A stretch of DNA of 64,000 nucleotides from the human T2T-CHM13v2.0 reference genome, Homo sapiens, in assembly GCF_009914755.1 (NCBI RefSeq), contig NC_060932.1. One strand, written 5' to 3'. Under the pieces are notes generated by a model. It was not told the origin of the DNA and ran no database searches. It was given only the letters and a program-made list of their open reading frames with translations. Within the stretch, counting starts at the first letter, position 1. Each line of letters begins with the position of its first letter. This document shows positions 56,846-64,000 of this stretch, piece after piece. Position numbers and translations under genes: made by a program.

Positions 56846-59247
56846 CAGGTAGGGGTCTGAGGACACACACAGAGCCCCCAAGGGGCCCCAGTCAGCCTCA
56901 GGGCCACCACTTCCCAGGCCACTAGGGGAGACCCAGCCTGGGCGCAGAGCTGGTCCTGGGGCAGACGGCACTGGGTAGGGTGCACAGCTCTCTGAGCCTC
57001 GGTTTCCTCATTTGGAATGGTCGCACCTTCCTCTCAGGGATGTGGAGTGAGTGTCAGATCCTCTATGAGAGGTGCCAGACAGAACAAGGTGTTCTAGGAA
57101 TGTCGGCTCCTGCCCGCCCCCAGCTTCTGAAACCCAATGCGCCCCAGGCTAAGATCACATCATTCATTTATCTAACAAGCACTGGAGAGGCCCTGAGCCT
57201 CAGGCCCGTGCTCCTCTGGGCAACCCTGACATCTCGACCGGGCACCACGGGGTCTCACCCTCCACTTTCTCCTCCTGCCCCTCTTCCCCATGCCTTCCCC
57301 AGTAGAGTGGCTCCACCACCGGCAGCAGCTCAAGCTGGGTCCTCTCCTCCCGGACACCCAGCCCCAGCCTGGGACACGTCCGGTGCCCATGCAGTTGGGC
57401 CTCTGCTCAGCCTCCACCCGCCCCGCCCTGGCTGGCGGCTCCCTCTCCTTTCTGCACGACCACAGCTCTAGTGTGAGACGCTGGTAGGTAGTGTCACTTC
57501 CATGCTCCTCGCCTGCCTGGCCCGTGGCTTCTGTTTATGCTCAGAATAAAAGAAAGTCTTGATGAAATTCTCACCCCAACTCTGGTCTCCTCGGCCCTAC
57601 GAGTTTCCTCCCAGAGCCCGTCTCCCGGGCTGTGTCCTCCCTGCCACTGCTCCCTGGCCATCCTGTCCCTCCAGCACATCCTTCCTGTCCCAGAGCCTCT
57701 GCACCTGCCATCCTGGCCTCCCTACCAGCTCCATCCTGACGGTCAGGACTTGGCTCTGCCAGAAAGGTTGTCCCTGCCCACACAGTAGAGGGCTTCCTGC
57801 CCCTGCCAGCCACTCGGCCACATTCATGTATTTTCTCATGGCCCTGGCATCTGATCTGAAGCGACCTTGTTTATCGATTTGTTTCATTGTTAACTACCCA
57901 TGTTCCTCCTCGTCAGGAAGCTCTAGGAACACTGGCACTTGGCCGTCTCATTCACCGTGGTGTCCCCAATACCCAGCACAGGCAGGCAAATGGCAGACAC
58001 AAGTTCCATTTCATATCTGCTGGACACATAGATGGATGAGTGAGTGAGTGAATACTGGGCTTTGGGGTCAGGTACCCAGGTTTGAACGCTGGCCCCACCA
58101 CCGACTGGCTGTGCCCTGCCCCATTTAAACCCCTAGTGCACCATTTGGCACATGAGGGACCAGGGCCACGTCCCAGAAGTGCGTCCTGAATGAGGACTCT
58201 AGGCCCAGCTACCATGCTCCGCTCTGGGCCCACAGATGACTTATGCAGGAGAACCTCATGTTGTAAGGAATCTCCTGGGAGCCAATCAGCCTCCTTCCTC
58301 AAGGCGTCACATCGGCACCGGCCCCCTCTTCCCTCCTGTCCCTGGCCCTGCTTCTGTTTCACATTTAATACCAGCCAGAGTTACGGACATAATTGTGTCT
58401 GGCCCAGAATTCCTCCTGAAGTCCCTGCTATAGCACGTCCAGGCTCTGGTAGAAACACGGGCTATAAGTAAAGGCTGTGCCCGCCAGGGAGGGGCTTGGC
58501 AGGGCACAGAGAAAGGAAGCCATTGGCCCGCCTGTGCATGGGGCCAGGGGGCCACCGTGGGGCTGAGAACGAGGCAATGTGCGCATGCTGGGCAGGGGGA
58601 GGCAGGCTGGTCGAGGCTCACAGGTGGTAAAGTGTGTCTCACTCAGCGCCCACATCCTCCTAAGAGGTCAGAGAGCAGGTGCAGCTTTATTTGCAGAAGC
58701 ACACTGAGGTGTAGAGAGGTGACAGGAGCTGCCTGGGCCCCATGCGGGCCCTGCGGAAGCAGGTCCGGGAGCCGTGTCCTGGAGAGTGGTAGGCAGGGGA
58801 GGCAGTTCCAGTGGTGATGTTCTACAGGATAAGGCCCACACGGGCGGTGAGCTCAGGTGCTCCATGGGGACGGGGCCCCAACTGGAGCCATCCTGGGGCA
58901 GACCCGTCCTTCGGCCTCTCCACCTCCGGCTGTCGTGACCCGTGCAGGACTCAGGCTCCTGGAGGGCAGATGTGGTGCTGGTGCAGGCCTTCCAGTCTGG
59001 GCTCTGCCAAACACTGCTTCCACTGTGGTCTGGCTGTGTCAGGAGCAGCACCAGGAGGGGTGAATCCAGGGAGATGCAGAGGCCCAGCCCTGGGCAGCTG
59101 CCATTCCCATTTGATTCCACAGCTTGGGACTCCAGCCAGAGGTTTCTGTGACCCCAATGAGCCCCAAGAGGAGGGTGGAGGATGTGGGGGAAGAGGCCTG
59201 CCCTACCTGCACCCACGGCCTCCCCCTCCTCCAGCCTGCCCCAGCAG

Positions 59248-59350
59248 GGCACTCCCCCTTGGGCGTGACACTCCCCATTGGGCGTGATGCTCCCCCTGGG
59301 TGTGAAGCTCCCCCCGGGCGTGATGCCCCCTCCCCTGGGCGTGGCACTCC
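59248..59350. repeat. 18-22 bp GC-rich minisatellite (~5 units, GGGYGTG-(A/G)...CTCCCC)
   Basis: tgggcgtgacactccccat / tgggcgtgatgctccccc / tgggtgtgaagctccccc / cgggcgtgatgcccc / tgggcgtggcactcc. Confidence 0.85.
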
Positions 59351-59624
59351 TCCTTGGTGCTCCTCTGGTTGTCAACAATGCCTGACTTCTTGAGCACTCG
59401 CTGTCTTCCAGGCCCAGGGCTCAGCGCTCTGTAGGTATCCCCTAATTCAGTCCTTGGAGCAGCCCCAGTAGGAGGGCTGACCCTTGTTCCATTTGACAGA
59501 TGACGCTCTTGAGGTGGCGAGTGGCTCAGGAGCTGGTCCCAGGTGAACAGCAGTAGGTGCTGAGCCCCCACTGGATTCCTGGGCTCTGGACTTGGTCTGG
59601 TTTTGTTGTTTTTGTTGTTGTTGT

Positions 59625-60365
59625 TTTCCAGTAGCTTTATCAAGATAAAAGTCACATACCACACAATTCACCCATTTAAAGTGTACAATTCAGTGGTTCG
59701 TAGTATATTCAGATATGTGCGACCACAGCCCGTTTTCGAACATCTCCATCACCTTCAAAAGAAACCCTGTACCCTTTTAGCCATCACTGCCCTGCCCCCC
59801 AGACCCACTCCACCCCCAGCCCTGGGCAACCCAGTAATCTCCTTTCCCGCACCATACATTTCCCTACTCTGACTCACATATAAACAGAAGCGGAGGGCAG
59901 TGAGCTCCGGCGCCTGGCTTCCTTCGCAGAGCATGATGTCTCTAAGGCTCACCCGTGCTGCAGCATGGGTCAGTGCTGCGTTCTTTCTCATGGCGGGACA
60001 ATACTCCATGTCTGGATGGGGCACATTTTGTTCATATAGCATCCACCAAGGGACACATGGGCTGTTTCCACCTTTGGCTGTGATGAGTGGTGCTGCTGTG
60101 CACATTTATGGAGAAGATTTTGTGTGGACACAGGTTATCATTTCTCATGGGTGTACACCTGACAGCAGACTTGCTGGGTCAAATGGCAACTCTGTCTAAT
60201 GGTTTCAGGAAGCACCAGACTGTTTTCCAAGGCGGCTGCACCCCCATTCCCAGCGGCGGTGCGGGAGAGGCCTGACTGCTCCACGCCTTCTATGGCACTG
60301 TGGTTGCCTGGCTCTGGTTCACCCATCCTGGTGGAGGTGAAGTAGCATCTTGCTGCGGTTCTCAC
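59625..60365 (-). mobile_element. L1MB-like 3' end
   Basis: gctttatcaagataa...cacataccacacaattcacccatttaaagtgtacaattcagtgg...ttgctgggtcaaatggcaactctgt. Confidence 0.8.
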
Positions 60366-62108
60366 GTGCGTTCTCCCGATCTACCCCCAACCGGCCATGC
60401 TGCCGGCGCTCACTGCTCCCTGTGCAGACAGCCCAGCTTCGCCCCACCAGCCTGGGACAGCTGTTTGGAATGGCCCTTCTGTGCAGTCCTCTTTGCTTGC
60501 AACGTCCATAAGCCATGAGAACCCTCCAGAACTCCAAGCCCTTGACCTCCATATTTCAGGAGTTTCTCACATTTTGGAGCCTGGGGCCAGACAGCAGGCC
60601 AGGGCTGAAGCTGGAAGTCTCTTCCCTCAAGCACAGCACAACACAACATGCAATCAGGGACCAGGCAAGTCAGGGGCCACCAGAGAGGGTCAGGACCCAA
60701 ACTTTGGGCAAGCTATGGACCCAGAACACGGCCACGGGCAGAGGCAGGATGGACTCAGGAGTTAGGGAGCCAGGAGATGGGGCCAGATGGAGACCAGACC
60801 TTCAGGACATGAGGACCAGCAGGTCAGATGGGCCCAGCATGCACGGTTGCTTTCAACTCTGATCTGCAGGCTGGGTGGGGGTAGGCAGCTGGCAGACACT
60901 CCTGGCACCCAGGAAACATTCACTGAAATGCTGCATCTGTGGGAGAAGAACAGCCGCCACCTGTGGGCTCAGGTTCAGTGTACAGCAGAGATTTCAAACC
61001 ACAGTGGACTTTTCAAGAGACCTGCCTGACTGCACCCTAGAGAGGCGGGTTTCCTCTGTCTAGGGTGGTGCTGAGCATGAGTTTCTGCCGTGCATGTGTC
61101 CAGGGTTGCAGGCCCAATGCACAAGCCATGTCTGCCTCACTCAGAGTGGGCTGAGAGGAGCAGGGGAGGAGAAAATGTGGAAGGTGGTGGGGTGAGGCTA
61201 CCGTGGGCTTCTTAGGTGGTTGAAGGAAACAGGTAAAATGTCTGCAGGGCCCAGAGTCCTGTGTAAATTACAGTGACAGCGGAATGATCTGTGGATTTCT
61301 TGTCCAACTGGCTCGTCCAACAATCTGTTCACTTGTCCTTCAGGGCATGTCCCCTCAAGGCTGGCTGCTGAAGGTTTATTTTTCCTCCAGAGCTCAAACT
61401 CCCAGCGACGCCTCCCCGACCTGGCCCCACAACTCTACTCTCCAACCTTTTGCGCTGGCGAGAAACAGGGGACTAAGTAGACTTCAGTTGCAAATATCTA
61501 ATTTGGGATTTAAAAATGTAAAGACAAAAACAATGCAGTGGAAATACATGACTTGAAGACCAAGGAACAAAGTGAGTCAAGTTTTTAAGGCTCTATCCAG
61601 CCTGCCTCAGCTATAATATATTTAACTTTTAAATTTCAGAAGACACACATTTTTCTAGTTGACATAAATCTTGGGCGGTCCTAAATTTTAGAGCCAAATT
61701 TGATTCAGGTAAGGTTTGGCTTCAGAATTAATCAAGGAGTTTTCTCCCTCTTTAGATGAAGCAAAATAAGTTCTATGGAGAAATAAAATAGCCAAGACCC
61801 GAGATGAGAGAGGACTGCAAAGCCAAGGTTTCCTGCCCTTCACCAACACCGGGCCAGCTGTCCTGTGGGGTGGGGGGCAGGCAGGCACATCCCATATAAA
61901 ACCCTCTCATTTCCAATTATCTAACATAACTGGTGAACTTTCTCTACTGCTAATGTGGTTGGTTGCTAGCTACTCAATGCCCCCCAGTCCAGCATGTTTT
62001 CCCTCTTTATTGATGACAGCCAAGTAACTGACCTTTTCACTTTGGCTGTTAGGAAGCTCAGAACTAAACATGAATCCACCTAAAGCACCATGTTGGCCTT
62101 CAGTGACC

Positions 62109-62222
62109 GTACACTCACAGCCACTGCCACACAAGTGCACTCACAGGTACACGCGAACGTGCACTCACTGCCACCGCCACACACGTTCACTCACAGGTAC
62201 GCATGAACACGCACTCACAGCC
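62109..62222. repeat. 50-bp CA-rich tandem repeat (~2.3 copies)
   Basis: gt(a/g)cactcac(a/t)gccac(t/c)gccacaca...cactcacaggtac at 62109 and 62159. Confidence 0.8.
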
Positions 62223-64000
62223 TCTCCTGCACAACTGCTCTTCCAAGTCTTGACCAACTATGCCAATATGGTTTCCCTTGGTCCAGACCTTCTGCATTTT
62301 ATTTCGACTCTTTATTGTATATCCAGAGAGAGTTTGGAAAAGAAGCGAGAAGCGTGGATAATGGCCAGGAAATGGGGGTGACGGTGCTGTGACAGAGTGT
62401 CTAGTCAAAGAGGCAGTGCACAGCCTGGGAGGTATGTGTCAAATCACACAGTCCCCACCCCTCCCCACCCCTGCTCCTTTCCACCACCCCTTCCCCGCTT
62501 CCAGACCCTGACTGCTGGGAAGGGGCCTTCTCTCAGGGTGCTGGAGCCCAAGGAAAGCTCAGACAGGGAGACAGAGGCTGGGTGACAGAGACGGAAGAAG
62601 GACTTGCTCCGTCTCCGTGTCCCAGAGCACTGCTCTCCTAGGAGCCGAGGCAGGCCCAGCTCTGCACACTCCAGCTGGCTACACTCCCGCTGACCCCATG
62701 GACACAGAACACAGGCTCTTTCCCCCCATCAGCGACTGTCAGGGCACGCACTTCATGAAGCTGGAGCTTCGCTCTCAATCCACCAAATGGCATGCGTTTT
62801 TAACAGTTACTGAGGGAGCTAATTAGTTCATAAACCAGGACGCCTCTTCCCTGGCATCCTGGGAGGGCGGTGGTGCTGGCCCCGCATGTGTAATTACCCT
62901 CAAGTCGAGAACAGCTCCTGAGGAGCTGTTGGGCTCTCTTGGGTAAATAATTTACTTTTACAACTTTTCATTAAAGATTAAAGGGAATTAAATTAAAATT
63001 AGGGCAAAATGAAGTTGGAGAGGAGACCTGTACAGCTTGGAGTTCTCTCATCGGAGGCTCTCTGCTTCCTGAGCTCACCCACCCTCCATCCAGGGATGCC
63101 AGGGCCCCTGTGGAGGGGAGACCCCGGGGATGTGCAGGAGGTGAGCTCCGGAGAGGAGAAGGACTTCCCTTCCAGGTAGGCCTCCTGATTACACCCTGCA
63201 TGGCCAGGACCTGCTGGGGATGGTGGCCGTGGCTGCCTTGAGGACGGGGTGAAACACCGTCACCAACACAACACACTGAGGCCAGGGTCTCCCAGCCCAT
63301 GGACACCCTCCACGGATACCAGGCCAGGATCCTCAGGTCGAAGGCTTTATGGCTTGGATGTGAGATGATGGTTGGAGCTTAGGTGCTGACTCAGGGGCCT
63401 GGGTGAGCCCCTTCGGAAGCCAGAGCTTCTGCTTCCTTGTCTAAAAAAGGGAAAGGTGGTGCGTGGAGTGAAGGAGAGGGCTGAGCTCTGATCCTGGCCA
63501 GAGAGAAATGCCCAATGAACAGAGGGGTGTGAATCACTGGTGCCTGGCTCCCACACCCAGGAGAGCTGAGAAAGGAGTTGTGGGTTAATCCAGGCCATGC
63601 ACTTGCAGCGGCTCCAGCTCAGCTCCGCCTTCAGCACGCTCAAAGCGATTGGTAGGACAGCGGGTGAGTCGGGGTGGGCTGTGCACAGAGAGCTGAGCCT
63701 GAACACAGGCCAGGTCGTCCTAGCAGGGGCAGGACATGGGCTGCTGAAGGAAACCAGTCCTCCTTCAGGCCCAGCAGGCTCTGGGATTTGCTGCCCTGGC
63801 TGGAGCCTCCCTTGGGGACAAACAGAGCAGGACAGGGAGGCAAAGGGGAAGCCAGGGCCTCTGGATGGAGCGGGCAGTTGGGGGACCAGGGACTGGGCTC
63901 GCCGCCTTGCTACTATGTGCCTTTTGGCCAAGACTTCACCTCTCTGAGCTCAAATGTACAAATCTATAGCACATGGGTAAACTGAGTCGGTGGGCAGCAG

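Overview
Primate, almost certainly human, genomic DNA from the imprinted KCNK9–TRAPPC9 locus (8q24.3, recognised from the encoded peptides). Both genes lie on the minus strand, head to tail. Positions 1-20830 are KCNK9 intron 1. KCNK9 coding exon 1 is at 20831-21113, inside a CpG island (~20.3-24.2 kb). About 27 kb of intergenic DNA follows, including an AT-rich block of old L1 at ~35-45 kb. Then come the TRAPPC9 3' UTR, the last coding exon (49178-49345), the penultimate exon (50096-50319) and the preceding long intron. Nearly all other ORFs in the track are GC-rich, simple-repeat or Alu/L1 artefacts. I found no new protein-coding system. The most interesting signals are regulatory or mechanistic: (1) an 11-codon uORF whose stop overlaps the KCNK9 start (AUGA), next to an in-frame poly-Gly GGC repeat; (2) a 19/21 RE1/REST site in a unique island between L1 remnants; (3) a strong CTCF motif pointing towards TRAPPC9/PEG13; (4) a 205-bp templated insertion that splits a MIR; (5) a twin-primed (inverted) L1 with TSDs; (6) a CACCTG/CAGGTG minisatellite in KCNK9 intron 1. 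Repeat family calls are from memory of consensus sequences and their boundaries are approximate.
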